Source of the DNA: Pelagomonas calceolata
Taxonomy: Eukaryota
Assembly (NCBI GenBank): GCA_918797485.1
Contig: CAKKNE010000003.1
Location: 5,146,001-5,210,000, forward strand
Length of the DNA: 64,000 nt
Reading direction: 5' to 3'
Shown here: positions 42,080 to 53,541 of the stretch, one piece after another
How positions within the stretch are numbered: the stretch's first letter is position 1
Layout: each line of letters starts with the position of its first letter
Notes under the pieces: model-generated
Database searches by the model: none
The model's input: only the letters and a program-made list of their open reading frames with translations
Told to the model about the DNA's origin: nothing
Program-made: the position numbers and the translations under genes

Positions 42080-42303
42080 GGCCAAAACGCGTAGCTGTAG
42101 GGATTTTAACTGCGTAGCGTCCACAGCGTATTAGCTATAGAGCTACCCCCTGGCCTTGCTAGTGCCTTACACGCCGCTAGCCTAAAGGAGAGATGTTCTG
42201 TCTTTTCCTTTATTTCTAACCAAGACTTCGGAAGATCCGAACCAGACTTCGCTGCCCACGCTGATACGGTACCGTGGTACCTACGGTACCGTACCGTAGG
42301 TAC

Positions 42304-42800
42304 TAGAGAGAGAGAAACCTACTACTAGTACTACTAGTAGCCCTTCCTACCCTAGATTTGTATCTCCCACTCTCTAAATTTGGAGTCTATACAGCGAGTG
42401 TCTTTGACGCTACGGTGTAACAACAATTTACTATAAAACACTCTCGTAGTTAGGTTGGCCCAGCCTGAGCCCTCGGCTGCAATGGAAATACACGTCTAGT
42501 AGGATCCCAAGGTTCAACTGAGACGTATCCAAGCACAACCCGTACTTGTATTACCCGCCTAGGCTACTTCCCATCCTAGGGTACTCCGATATCCCCTTAG
42601 TAGGGGGAAGTCGCCTCTCACTCCTAACTATTATCATCCTGAGTCACCTTAAATTGACGGACGTAATTCCCCGTCACAAACCCCATCAAACATGGGAGAA
42701 ACTATTTCGTTAGACGACTACACTACGCTGCCGGGGAAGTCCGGAGCTACACACTCTATTTCCCTATGCATCGCATCGGCTGGTGAGCTAGGAACCCTGA
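42304..42800 (+). mobile_element. LTR-like family A copy interrupted by a solo LTR
   Basis: Family A sequence breaks at ccctcggc and resumes as tggtgagctagga after 42780. Confidence 0.8.
42478..42775. mobile_element. Solo LTR (298 bp)
   Basis: TGCAATG...CATCGCA termini with a 5-bp TSD TCGGC (42473-42477 and 42776-42780); the empty site is visible in the 15132 copy. Confidence 0.88.
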
Positions 42801-43003
42801 AGTGTGCAAGCACCTTATCTCTCTCAAGCCAACTGAAAATAGCTATGTTCCGAGATTAGCGAAACTCTATGATGTGTCGAAGGCAAATCAGAACTACCTT
42901 AGAACATTTAATATTTTCAAAGACTCAGAGGTGAATACCGTAGGTACGGTACCAGTACCTACGGTACCGGTAAAAAAATAAGCCAAAAGGGCTGCCCGTC
43001 GCC

Positions 43004-44162
43004 ATGCTGCGGCGTCTCGTGGCGTTCGCGGCGTGGGGGGTCGGGGGTCGTGCTGGATCGTCGCCTCGCCCGCGCTTCGCGTCCATGTGCATCGCGGCGC
43101 CGTCGCTGGCGCCGAAGGAGCGCGAGGCGCTGGCGCGGCGCTGCGCGCTGCATGCGTGCTCGCTGAGCCTGACGACGGCGCCGCGCGACCCGCCTCTCGT
43201 GCTCGTGTCGGGCCTCGCCGCGCACCAGGTCGGCTTCTTTTGTGGAGAGCAATTAACAGTGTGACACGTACTTCCGTAGGTCGCGGCGATCGAGCGCGCG
43301 GGCGCGGAGACCGTCGAATCACCAGGTCTGCCGCCCTGGAACGCGAGCGGCGACGTGTGGCGGCGGCGGCCGCCGGCCCTGGCGGCGTCGAAGGAACCGG
43401 CGCGGCTCTACACGTACCACAAGCTACACGCCTGGGACCCCAGGGTCGTAAAAGGTGCGCCGCGCGTCGCATTTGTGGATGCTGATGCCATCTACGTGCG
43501 GAACGCGTCGGCGCTGCTCGAGATCGAACCGCCGAGCGCGTTCTACCTCCGGGACGCGTGCCGCCCGCCGAACATCCCGTGGCACCGCTGGGACCCGGGC
43601 ATAGAAATCGACGGCGAGCCCGTGCCCAAGGCGCGCGCCTACTGGAACACGGGCGTCGTCGTCTACGAGCCCGACGCGACCGTCGCGCGCGACCTCTGGC
43701 GCCTCTACGCGACCGGGGACTTCGCGAGTTTCGACCCGAGCCGAATGTCTACGGGCAACGGGGTAGGGCGCCTCGGCTCGCGAACGAGCGCCGACCGACG
43801 CAGGCCTCGACCCCGACCAGTACGTCTGCGAGGGCGACCTGCTTCAGACCTACTACTGGCGGCGCTGGCGCGGGTCGCGGCCGCACGTCCTCAACGCCGC
43901 CTGGAATTTTAGGGGGTACAAGTGCTCGTACGCGGACGTCGCCGACGCGTCCCGGGTCCGCGTCGTCCACAAGGAGGAGCGCCGCGCGATCACGCTCATC
44001 TTCGACGCCTGCGAGCACGTCCGCGCGCCCCCACGCGGCGCGCGGCCCAGGTTCCTGGAGGAGCTCGTCTCGGCGCTCGACGTCGGCGCGTGCCGCTCGC
44101 CGGCCGCGGCGGCCGCGCTCAGGCGGACCTGTCCCGACCAGGCGCAGGGTGGCGTTGGGTAA
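43004..44162 (+). CDS. Glycosyltransferase family 8-like; introns 43229-43279 and ~43755-43803 (GC-AG)
   Basis: YHKLHAW, FVDAD (DxD), YWNTGVVV, EGDLLQTYY...LNAAWNF...VVH. Confidence 0.72.
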
Positions 44163-44781
44163 GGCCTGTTGTGTTTTAACAGTGTTTACATAGTACGCTG
44201 CCGACCCGGAGGATTCTTCGAGTTCGCCTAACCATGGGGCGCCGAATCAAGATCCCGGCCGTATTGCTCGAATTAAGCTGGTTTACGAGCCTGAGGCCGG
44301 GCACTGGGCCCGATTAAACCGGCTATGTTAGGATCTGACAATTCTGCGAGCTCGTAGTGGAACGCGAACGTCGCGCCAGTCGCGTTTCGTGGCGCGGTGC
44401 ACAATGCTTTTGGCACTCCATCACAAACCGCCTGGGGTTCAATTTCTGAACAAACGATTTCCGACTCGGGATTTTGTTTCAAAAGTCAAATCGACCTTGA
44501 TCTCCCCTCTGAGCTTCGGGGCAAAATTCAAAACATGGCACTGGCAGGCCAAGATACCTCCCTAGTAAACAATGTCGGAGGCTCCGAGCGTCCTTAGGAT
44601 ACGTCTACCCGGGCCAACGTTCCCAGCCCGGTCGCCTTCACTCCGATAGTATCGTATTGAAGCTCTGCTCAGATTCAACGCTTCGGTTTGGCATTGCCAC
44701 GAGCCCGGCCGAGTCTTCGACTCGCGTCGCGCGATAGCATGGAGCTACAGCCCACAATGTTCCACCTCTTCATCTGCGTCC

Positions 44782-45336
44782 TCAATCGCGGCCGAGGCTC
44801 TCCGCGGCGGTCGCATCGCCCGCGGGCCAGCAGCCCGGATCGCCGACGCGCCACCGTCGGTCCAACGATGCGGCGTCGCAGTCGAAGATCACTTTGCCGA
44901 GCTTCGCGTTGACGACGTTGTGTCTGCGCACGGGGTTGCGGCGTGACGTCAAGGGGGGCGGCGGACGCCGGCGCGCCGACTGGCGACAGGCCCACGCGGC
45001 GAACGCGGCGCGCGAGCTGAGGTCGGGCGGCGCGGCGGCGACTGCGACGCGGAAGTCCGCGCGGCAGTGCTCGCACGGGTACGACGCCGCGAGGCCGCGC
45101 ACGAGGTCCGCCGCGCCGGCCCGATCCGCGGCGCTCGGCGTCTCGGGGAAGTAAGCGGCCGTGGTGTGCAGCAGCGCCCACGTTGCGCGGCCGAGCTCGT
45201 CGCGGTCCACGGGACACGCGCGCGGAGCCTCCTCCGCCGCGGACGCAGACGAGGACGACGCGCGCAGCGCTTTGCTGAACAGGTCAAGCTTCGAGCCGCA
45301 CACCGGGTTGGCGCAATCGAGCGGTTTCGCCGACAT
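44782..45336 (-). CDS. ERV1: Erv1/ALR FAD-linked sulfhydryl oxidase; intron 44924-44980
   Basis: CPVDRDELGRATWALLHTTAAYFP, YPCEHC, WACRQ|HNVVNAKLGKVIFDC, RW. Confidence 0.93.
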   Translation of the reverse strand: MSAKPLDCANPVCGSKLDLFSKALRASSSSASAAEEAPRACPVDRDELGRATWALLHTTAAYFPETPSAADRAGAADLVRGLAASYPCEHCRADFRVAVAAAPPDLSSRAAFAAWACRQSARRRPPPPLTSRRNPVRRHNVVNAKLGKVIFDCDAASLDRRWRVGDPGCWPAGDATAAESLGRD

Positions 45337-45595
45337 TTACAGCGACCAGCGGAGAGAGAGAGAGAGGCCCACCTCGTAGTAGAGTCAATTCGGGTTTCGG
45401 GGCGCCTAGAGCTCTATAGAGTGACGGGGGAGCTATCCCCCGCGAGCGTGTACGTAAGCTTGCTGCCGGTCGTAGAAGCGTGCGTCGTCGTCGCCGCCCG
45501 GGCGCGTTGGTGAAGTCCGGGTTGCCGCCGACGAGCCGGAGGCCGTCGATCTTGACACGCACTCGCGATGTACTTTTATCAAAAGGGGGACTCGG

Positions 45596-45715
45596 AGTGC
45601 GATAAATAGCCTGAGGGCGAAACACCCCCCCTATCATCCTATACCCTTCTATATACACTTACATCCGAGTCACACACAACACGCAACGCGTAATAAACAC
45701 CGTAAAACCAAAACT
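45596..45715. repeat. ~110-bp dispersed repeat D (inverted copy at ~51367-51470)
   Basis: atcctatacccttctatatacacttacatc matches the reverse complement of gatgtaagtgtatatagaagggtataggat. Confidence 0.75.
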
Positions 45716-45863
45716 ACTCAGTGTATTTTAAGGTAGCTCCTCGGCAGACTATCTCAACCGCCGTACTCCCAAAGGTGCGTACTCCTCAGGCTTTGGTCTT
45801 GCATTATTCGCAGCACTGCCGTGCTCCTAGGCGACGTAGGCGTACCACGTCCTACTCAGGCTC

Positions 45864-46249
45864 TAGGTTGCCATTAACCGGTTAATAACCGGTTATTTAC
45901 CTATTATTACCCCTCGAAGGGGATCCGGGGTGAATAACCCGCTCAATAACCCGACGGGTTTTCGACTAAACCCGTCTAGTGAGATTAGAGAAAGACACCT
46001 CCGGACGAGCGGATGGGCGCAAGCAGCCCGTTGGGCTTTTTGGATACGTACAGGTGCGCCAAGGCAAGTACCAAGTCATGTGGCCCGGCGCGGCCCAGGC
46101 CCGCGCCAGTGGCCCGTGAGGCCCCCTCCCCTACCCCTCTATAAGATCCTCAGGCTGAGGTAAATCTCCCGTACTGACCGGTAATTACCCGGGTTATTAA
46201 CCCCGGGCGGCGCCAGGGGTAAATAACCCCTCAGGTAAATGGCAACCTA
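45864..46249 (+). mobile_element. hAT-like MITE family C (TIR TAGGTTGCCA...TGGCAACCTA)
   Basis: 10-bp TIR and subterminal aataaccc repeats; highly similar to 60876-61255. A possible 8-bp TSD gtcctact (45849 and 46251) is offset by a few bases on the left. Confidence 0.85.
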
Positions 46250-46494
46250 GGTCCTACTGGTAGTATTCTTTTTTACATGACCATGGCCAAATAACCTGTG
46301 CACTAAACTAATAGTAATAATTACAAGTGTTGTACGCGCGGCGCATGGCAAATCAAAATCAAACGCCGAGGCGCATATAACGTCGGGCGAGTTCGTAGCG
46401 AGGCTGCCGTGGCGTCGCCGAGCCCGAAGATGTACACAGGACGGTGGGCGCGCAGGTCATGGCAACGAGGCGCGCCCGGCGAGGTCGAGCGACG

Positions 46495-48192
46495 TCAGGG
46501 GCGCGACGAGGCCGTTCGTACGGCAGGCCCGCGAAGGGCGACGGTGTCGACGACGACGCGCGGCGCGCGGCCGCGGAGGGATCCGAGTGCGAGCCGTGGT
46601 CCCAGCGAAGGGCTCTCGCGCGCGGACGTGTCGTCGGGCGGCGAGGTCGCGCGAGGCTCGGATTCGGCGTTGTTCTCGCGCATCGGTGGCGAGGGGGCCG
46701 CCGCGTACGCCGGGACCGCGCCGTAGTCGCCGACAAGCGAGCCGAACGGTGCCGGCGCGCAACGCGCGGGTTGGTCGCGGTACGCGTCGCTCGGCGCCCG
46801 CGCGCCGGGTGCCTTCAGCTTTGGGTTCACGCGCGCCGGCGCCGCGGAGGCGGCCCCGGCCGGAAGGGGCAACGGCGACGCGGCGTCGCCGTCGGATGGC
46901 GAATGCGCCATCTGCGGCGGCCGCGCGAAAGGCTTATTCTTTCCTTCTTTGTGCTTTTGGTCGTCCTGCGCTTCTCCGCGGACATGGTCCGGCCCGCTGC
47001 GGACGGCCCGTTCGTCGACGTCGGCGGCCCTCGTCGTGCCGACGTCGGTGACGCTCGCAGCGTCGCCGTCGCCGCCGCTCCGATTGGCGATCAGCTTGGT
47101 CTGGATCGCGGCGGCGAACGTCGCCCAGAGCTGCGCTTCACCGCGCGCGGCCTCTGCGACGGCGTCGCGCGCGGCGGCCGCGGTGCTGGCCGCGGTGACC
47201 CGCAGTGCGTCGACAACGACAGGTCGTGCCACGTCGAGCCGGGGCGCGATAGCGGCCAGCGACGCCTCGACGCGCGCGCGCACTGGCGCCGCCGTCCGCG
47301 GGTCCGCCAGCGCTCGGACGAGCGCGTCGACGGCCCCGGCCACAACGAGCGGCGCGACGACGGCCGCGGCGCCGTCGTCGTCGGCGAGGCCAGATGCGCG
47401 CGGACCCGTCGCAAGAGCGCTATCTGCGGCGTCGCAGAGGGCGACGATGGCTGCCGCGGGCGCGGCGGCGTCGCCGCGCGCGGCGTCCGCGGCGGCGAGG
47501 GCGAAGAGGGGCGCGCGCCAGGAGCTGCCATTTGCGCGGCCGACGGCGCCGAGGAGCGCCGCAAAAGCTTCGCGCGCGGCGGCGCCCCGCGGCGCGCGCG
47601 CGCGCGGCGTCCAGTCCGCCGCGCCGTTCGCGCCGATCGCGAGGGCTCCGGCGGCGAGCAGCTCGGCGGCCACGCGGCACGCGGCATCGGGGTCGCGCGC
47701 GAGCGCGGCGAGCGCGCAGGCAGCGTCGGCCTTGGCGTCGGCCGCGGGCGCGTCCTCGCCGCGGCGGATGGCGCAGTCGGCCAAGGCGGCGACGGCGCCG
47801 CAACTAACGATAGCGAGCACAGCGGCCGGCGACGCCGCGGCGGCGCAGCAGACGCGGCGCAGCGCCGCCGCCGCGTGGCCCTGCGCGGGCCGGAGCCGTC
47901 CGGGCGGCGCGCGCAGCGCCGGGACGAGCAAGTCGAGCCATCCGTCGGCGACGACGCGTACCGCGCGGCGGCCGGCGGGCGCTTCGCCGTCGTCCCCGCG
48001 ACCGGCGCAGAGCGCCTCGACGGCGAGCGCCGCGCGGCGCACGGCTGAAACGAACGCAAGCTGCTCCTCGGCGGTCGCCTCGCGCGCGGCGCCCGGCCCG
48101 GCGTCGACGCGGAGCTCGAGACGCCGCGCGTCGGCGCGCGACGCGCGCAGCGCCGCGCTGTTCTTCGCCAGCGCGGTGCACGAGCGCGTCAT
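46495..48192 (-). CDS. Uncharacterised Ala-rich protein, possibly ARM/HEAT-like
   Basis: Long ORF with host-like codon usage; AIVSCGAVAALA, ELLAAGAL and LVVAGAVDALVRAL resemble ARM helices. The 3' structure is uncertain. Confidence 0.5.
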   Translation of the reverse strand: MTRSCTALAKNSAALRASRADARRLELRVDAGPGAAREATAEEQLAFVSAVRRAALAVEALCAGRGDDGEAPAGRRAVRVVADGWLDLLVPALRAPPGRLRPAQGHAAAALRRVCCAAAASPAAVLAIVSCGAVAALADCAIRRGEDAPAADAKADAACALAALARDPDAACRVAAELLAAGALAIGANGAADWTPRARAPRGAAAREAFAALLGAVGRANGSSWRAPLFALAAADAARGDAAAPAAAIVALCDAADSALATGPRASGLADDDGAAAVVAPLVVAGAVDALVRALADPRTAAPVRARVEASLAAIAPRLDVARPVVVDALRVTAASTAAAARDAVAEAARGEAQLWATFAAAIQTKLIANRSGGDGDAASVTDVGTTRAADVDERAVRSGPDHVRGEAQDDQKHKEGKNKPFARPPQMAHSPSDGDAASPLPLPAGAASAAPARVNPKLKAPGARAPSDAYRDQPARCAPAPFGSLVGDYGAVPAYAAAPSPPMRENNAESEPRATSPPDDTSARESPSLGPRLALGSLRGRAPRVVVDTVALRGPAVRTASSRP

Positions 48193-49220
48193 TCGTCCTT
48201 GTGGCTGCGAGAGTGTCACGGCTGCCCCATGGTAAATTAGGTCATTATGGCACGGTACCTACTGCGGTACGGTACCGTATTCACTAGGCCTACTCTATCC
48301 GGGTATTTAACCAAGATAAGTGAGACTAGGATAGTGAAGCTAAGATAAAAATTTGGGAGATTTATAAGTGGAAAAGAGGCCGTTGCCACAACGGGCACCA
48401 ACCCCATCAACGCCACGATCAGCCTTACATAGGTTCGGGACAGCCCTTGGGTCTCTTATTAAAGCTCCTTCTGCAAACAGAGGGCTGTTGACCCCTCTCA
48501 TCACGGGCGCCGCGGGATTGCAACGATCCACCAATTGGATTCAAAGGTCGAACAAGAAGTTCCGGGGAAAACCCCACCTTTAGGGGAATTACCATAAGCC
48601 CCTTTGGCAGTGCCTGAGCTAAATTGGTAGGACAATTTAACTCGTCAACAAATCATACAGATTCGCAACAGGTCGAACAGGACGTACATGCTAGGGAACT
48701 AATCCCAGCTTAGGAATATAAATTCCAGCTCCATAACTGCCAAAGGCTGCTGGGGTTAATACCCGGAGCATCATAGACGTAAATACAAGGATACGTGGCC
48801 ATATCATAGCAGGTACCTACGGTACCGTAGGTATGGTACTAGAGAGAGAAACCTACTAGCCCTTCCTACCCTAGATATTTCAGCGATATTAGCTTCGGTA
48901 TGTGCTTGTGTCTAATGAGCTTGGTGCAGCAAGTGCACAATGCAGCTGTTGTAGCTAGGTCTTCAGCGATATTATGCATCCGAGTCCCGCGCCGCGGCGG
49001 TCGCCGAGGGGCAGTATTCAATCTGTTTTTCTTATGATAAGGCCACTCCCCTACGCCCCAAGGGCCACTCCGGCCACATGTGAAATTCTTGCTAACGGAA
49101 GTAGACATCTGGCGCTAGGCTGGCTAGTCTAGGCGGTTACTTACCTACGGTACCGTACAAATCGGAGGGCCTGAAAAAAATTATTAAAAAAAAAAGTACC
49201 AGCACGAACAACAACGAGAG

Positions 49221-49898
49221 ATGCGTGACGAGGACGACCACGGAGGCCCCGACGACGAAGATGGGCTGCTCGGCCAAAACGCCGGCGGCGCGGCGCCCGG
49301 CTACTGCGCGTGCCTGAGCGTGGCCTACTACAGGCCCTACTTCGACGTCGACACGGACGAGGTCGCGGCGCGGCTGCGCGCGGCACTCTTCTTTTGCAAC
49401 GAGCCGTTCGGCGCAACGCTGCGCGGCAAGCCCGACGCGTACGGACCGTGGTGGGTCGCGACGACGCTGGTCTTCGCCGTCGCCGTCACGTCGCACGTCC
49501 GCGGCCTGCTCGGCGCCGAGGCGGGCGTAATTTACGAATTCGACTTCTCGGCCGTTACGTTCGCCGCCGCGACGATCTACGGCTACGTGGCGCTCGCCGC
49601 CGCGACGAACTGGGCCTTCCTGAACTACAGCCTGAAAGTCCACCAGCGACCGCTCGCGTGCCTCTGCGTCGTCGGCTACTCGCTCGTGCCGTACCTCGCC
49701 GCGGCGCCGGCCTGCGCGCTGCCCTACCTCGCGTGGCCCGCCGTCCTCGCCGCGTGCGCCGCGCAGTCGCTCTTCGCGCTCAAGGCCGCGCGGCCCGCCG
49801 TCGAGCCGCACCCGCGCGAGAAGGTCCTCGCCTTCGCCGGCGCGACCTGTGCGCTGAACGCGGGCCTCGCGTTCCTGCTCAAGGTCTACCTGTACTAG
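49221..49898 (+). CDS. Yip1-domain Golgi membrane protein (YIPF1/2-like)
   Basis: YYRPYFDVDTDEVAARL, PDAYGPWWVATTLVF, IYGY, CVVGYSL. Confidence 0.9.
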   Translation: MRDEDDHGGPDDEDGLLGQNAGGAAPGYCACLSVAYYRPYFDVDTDEVAARLRAALFFCNEPFGATLRGKPDAYGPWWVATTLVFAVAVTSHVRGLLGAEAGVIYEFDFSAVTFAAATIYGYVALAAATNWAFLNYSLKVHQRPLACLCVVGYSLVPYLAAAPACALPYLAWPAVLAACAAQSLFALKAARPAVEPHPREKVLAFAGATCALNAGLAFLLKVYLY

Positions 49899-50276
49899 CC
49901 CGCGGGCTCTCCGTGCGGTGTTTTGCGGTCTGGGCGGGCTGGACTCGGAAGTAGAATTTGCTAGTGTACCCTCTCATCCGGGGCCCGGGGCCTCTCACTC
50001 CCGCCGAAGAAGAAGAAGAAGAGGCTCTCCCAGACTCGGGCGCCACGGAGGCCTTTAGAGGTGTCGTCACGGTGTCATGTCACAGTGGTGTCGCGGTCAC
50101 CGTGACGGTCGCGGTGCGCTTTTAAAATGAGTTCACTTTAGTGCCGCCCGGCGGCCCGGCGGTATTAGGTGCAGTACTCTTGCGCCTCAGGCTTTGGCGA
50201 CGCCACTGGCAGGGAGGTCCCGGCCCGGGCCCCAAAGGTAAAGGAGGATGGTGGAGGCGAGGTGGGATGAGTCACT

Positions 50277-51184
50277 CAGAATTGGAATAAAGGAGATTAA
50301 GAGGGAGAAGGAAGTATCCTAAGATACAGGCCACTAGTAGCCTCTGATATCTACTAGAACCTGAGAGGAGCTCTAGATAAGGTAACTACAGTATCATAGC
50401 ACACTGCCGATACTCTTTTGGATAATTTATTTGCCCGGCGTTATAAGTTGCCCCTCTGTACAGTGCATTCCGGGAGCCGCGCGGATATGTCCTTCGGCCG
50501 CTACGTTTAAACAGTAGGTCTCGGCGACCAACTATGGTGAATTCTGAATTTTGGGGATCATTTATTTATACACCTTTCCTTGAAGACACCTCCCCCATGC
50601 CGAGCGCGTGTGGGGGCGCGGGAACGTGGAATAAATTTAATTATTTAATATTTGCATATTAGACTCGCTAGCGAGGGCGAAGCTTCCGATGCTAGTGGTC
50701 CGGGGGGGGCGAACGCAGCCCCAGTGCAGCCATTCCGAGATGCATCTGAAAGTAGATCCAGCTCCAGCAAAAAACGCACACAGCCGAACGACTGCAAACA
50801 GGGCGCCCGATGACCCACTGGGTATGTGACTTCGAGGAGAGACGACTAATATGGATCATCGAAAGCAGTGAAGCTGCCCCAGCGCCGCAATACCAGAAGG
50901 TCTTTTCGCTAGGGTACCATGGGCTCAATCGTCATGGGGGGACCCCCGAAGCTCAAAACCGTCGTGGTACCTCGCCATAAGTCCGCGTGGGGCGCCCCAC
51001 GAATAACCTACTAGCATTCCTTAGATTCCTTGTTGGGTATACGTTTATGGTGAGTCGACCCCTATGATACTGTAGCCACCTTTATCTAGAGCTCCTCTCA
51101 GGTCCTAGTAGATATCAGAGGCTAGTGGCCTGTATCTTAGGATACTTCCTTCTCCCTCTTAATCTCTCCTTTATTCCAACTCTG
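50277..51184. repeat. ~123-bp inverted repeat pair (50277-50399 / 51062-51184) around a 660-bp spacer
   Basis: ttggaataaaggagattaagagggagaaggaagtatcctaagatacaggccactag...tatcatag is mirrored at 51062-51184; a related sequence lies at ~5215-5285. Confidence 0.85.
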
Positions 51185-51658
51185 TCTTCTCAGGGTTGAG
51201 GGGGTTCCCACACTCTCTCACGCCGTTTCAGTGAGAGTTCTTCCTGTTGGCATCTCCGTGTCACATTGACACCCGAGAGACCTAGCTACCACAGCTGCAT
51301 TGTGCACTTGCTGCACCCAGCTCATTAGACACCAGCACATACCGAAGATAATATCGCTGCAGTCACGGTTTTGATTTTACGATGTTACTACGCGTGGCGT
51401 GTTGAAGGGTGATGTAAGTGTATATAGAAGGGTATAGGATGGGGGGGGGATTTCGCCCTATTTATCGCAAGGCAGGCGTCGAGCCTCGTTCCGTTCAAGT
51501 TATCTTACTAGGGGTGGGCATCTCGACCAGCAACCGAGCGAGGGTGCTGAGGGGGGTCAGCTGTGAGTCTCTAGAGTGAGTAGGTCTTTGTCTCACCCCG
51601 AGTCATCATATTTACGCGAGAGGATCAGCACGGCCGCCGCCAAAACCATTTTTCCCTG

Positions 51659-52687
51659 ATGTTTGAGAGCAATTTGGCCAAATTTTATCTTGGCGTGCTC
51701 CTTCTGCTGGCCAGCAGCGGCATGGACGGGGCCTACCTTGATTCAACAATTTCCAATGGCACGTCGCATCCGATGAGAGCATCTTGCAGCGCTCTCGCGT
51801 TAAATTCGTCACATGACCATATCGACAGATATGGACAATTTGCCTCCGGCTGCTGCATATCTGAGCAGTATGACTTTGCATACATGAGGGCGGCACAAAA
51901 AATGGCGGGGACCACCGTTCAAAAGTCATATTTGCTGCCTTCTTTCTGCGATGTACTGTTCAATTCACACGGTCACGGGCAGCGGCTTTTTGGAGGAGCC
52001 GTTATACCGACGGGATGTGAGAGTTACCTACAGCAGCATGGTTTTCTTGACTGCACATGCAACACGACCATACAGCGACTGTCAACCATCGGGAGCACCT
52101 TCATAAACGTGCGCAATCCGTTTGCCAGGTTCATTTCTATCTACAAGTATGTCCTTCAAAATTGGAGTGTCCGGCATAAAAACCAAAAATATGTCGGCAT
52201 TTCGAAATTCCTTGAACTCTTTTCGGGTCCCAAAAGATTCACTGTCGACATTTTCTTTGATCATGAGGCTGGCTCTGGACATTGGTATTCGCAGATGTTA
52301 CACGTGTTTTCCATATGTAAATATCTACCAAACACAGCCCTCATTCCTCTGGAACCCGATGTGTTGCAGAATTTGGCCCCTGTTGTGCAGTCAATAAATT
52401 CTAGGCGAAACCCCGAGTTGCCGGCGATGATGGATCCCCAAAAATATTCATCGCGTAACCGCATGTCATATGCATGTCCTTGGCAATGCTATTATGAGCT
52501 TTGCCAGAAACCCTGTTTTGATTTTGTTTCGAAGCAATATGACCTCGACATCATGGCGCTCGACAGCATAGGTATCTATCCAGCTCCACACACAGTTGCG
52601 GATCTCTGGTTGGATTCGCAGGATTTGAATGCTTCCTGGTTGACCATCCCCAACAGGACACGAGCTTGTTTGCAGGTGTGCCAGTGA
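51659..52687 (+). CDS. Sulfotransferase-like protein (Sulfotransfer_2-type), intronless and low GC
   Basis: Signal-anchor N-terminus, QKMAGTTV (5'PSB), VRNPFARFISIYKY (3'PB), HWYSQ, YDLDI. Confidence 0.75.
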   Translation: MFESNLAKFYLGVLLLLASSGMDGAYLDSTISNGTSHPMRASCSALALNSSHDHIDRYGQFASGCCISEQYDFAYMRAAQKMAGTTVQKSYLLPSFCDVLFNSHGHGQRLFGGAVIPTGCESYLQQHGFLDCTCNTTIQRLSTIGSTFINVRNPFARFISIYKYVLQNWSVRHKNQKYVGISKFLELFSGPKRFTVDIFFDHEAGSGHWYSQMLHVFSICKYLPNTALIPLEPDVLQNLAPVVQSINSRRNPELPAMMDPQKYSSRNRMSYACPWQCYYELCQKPCFDFVSKQYDLDIMALDSIGIYPAPHTVADLWLDSQDLNASWLTIPNRTRACLQVCQ

Positions 52688-53239
52688 TTTTTATTCATTT
52701 TAGCTAAAATGCCGGCGGTGATAGAGCACACGGTGGCCTCATTTTGCGGTCGGAGAACGGATTTTTCTTGAGATCCCCCTTGGACGACGATTGCGCGCGA
52801 TGCGTTCCACCAGGACGCCCACCCGAGACAGACACGGCGCCGCAACTCAAGAACATTGCCCCGATGCATACATGAGGGAGCATACAGCAATCTTTCAAGA
52901 TGCTTCCAGGGCTGCTGCCATCCGCCGTCGGCGACCAGTCCCTGGGCAGTAAACTGCTGCAGGAAATAAGTAGGGTGCGGTGGTATACCGACCCTCTGCA
53001 ACGGTGTGAGTGAGTTTGGCGTAAGTGACCCCCCGTGTACACGGCACATGGGGCCAATGTGGAAACCGCCACGTAAAGGTGGGACTAGGCGAGGAGAGTA
53101 AGAAGGGGCTCAAGGGGCCTAGTGTAGTACTAGGGGGTATATTCTTCGCACTCCCCCTGGACCTTGATATGGTTTAGTTTTTCTCTTTCTTTCAGTTCAT
53201 AGAGTAGAGCTTCTGTGTCTACTCTATATTGTGAACTAT

Positions 53240-53541
53240 ACCGAGCTTCGGCGGCGGGAGGCCGGCGGCGGAACGCGCGTGGCGCCCGGACGCGTCCCCT
53301 CCGGGTAGGGAGTCGCTATCCCGCGGCGGCCCCCGATGCGCCCCCGTCGCGGGACTGAGATTCCGGCGTCCGGCCTGCTCCCCCCTCGCCGTCGTCGCCT
53401 CCGAGCCAACACTCGGGGCGACGGCGTACGTGGGCGGGGGCGGGGCGGGCGTTCGGTCACACAGACCCCGCGGCGGCCGGGTAGCTAGGCGGCCTAGCTC
53501 TAAGCAAAGCAAATAAATAAATAAATAAATAAATAAATAAA
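53240..53541 (+). mobile_element. GC-rich retroposon-like 3' end with (TAAA)n tail, interrupting a hAT ORF
   Basis: aaataaataa tract at 53511-53541 truncates the BED-finger-like reading frame. Confidence 0.5.

Noticed and set aside
48340..48800. AT-richer stretch resembling decayed retroelement coding sequence (similarly 44230-44600)
   Set aside because: No diagnostic motif recognised.
52700..53050. Possible further hAT transposase remnant (VADGG...NVLEL)
   Set aside because: Too degenerate and frameshifted to support without a search.
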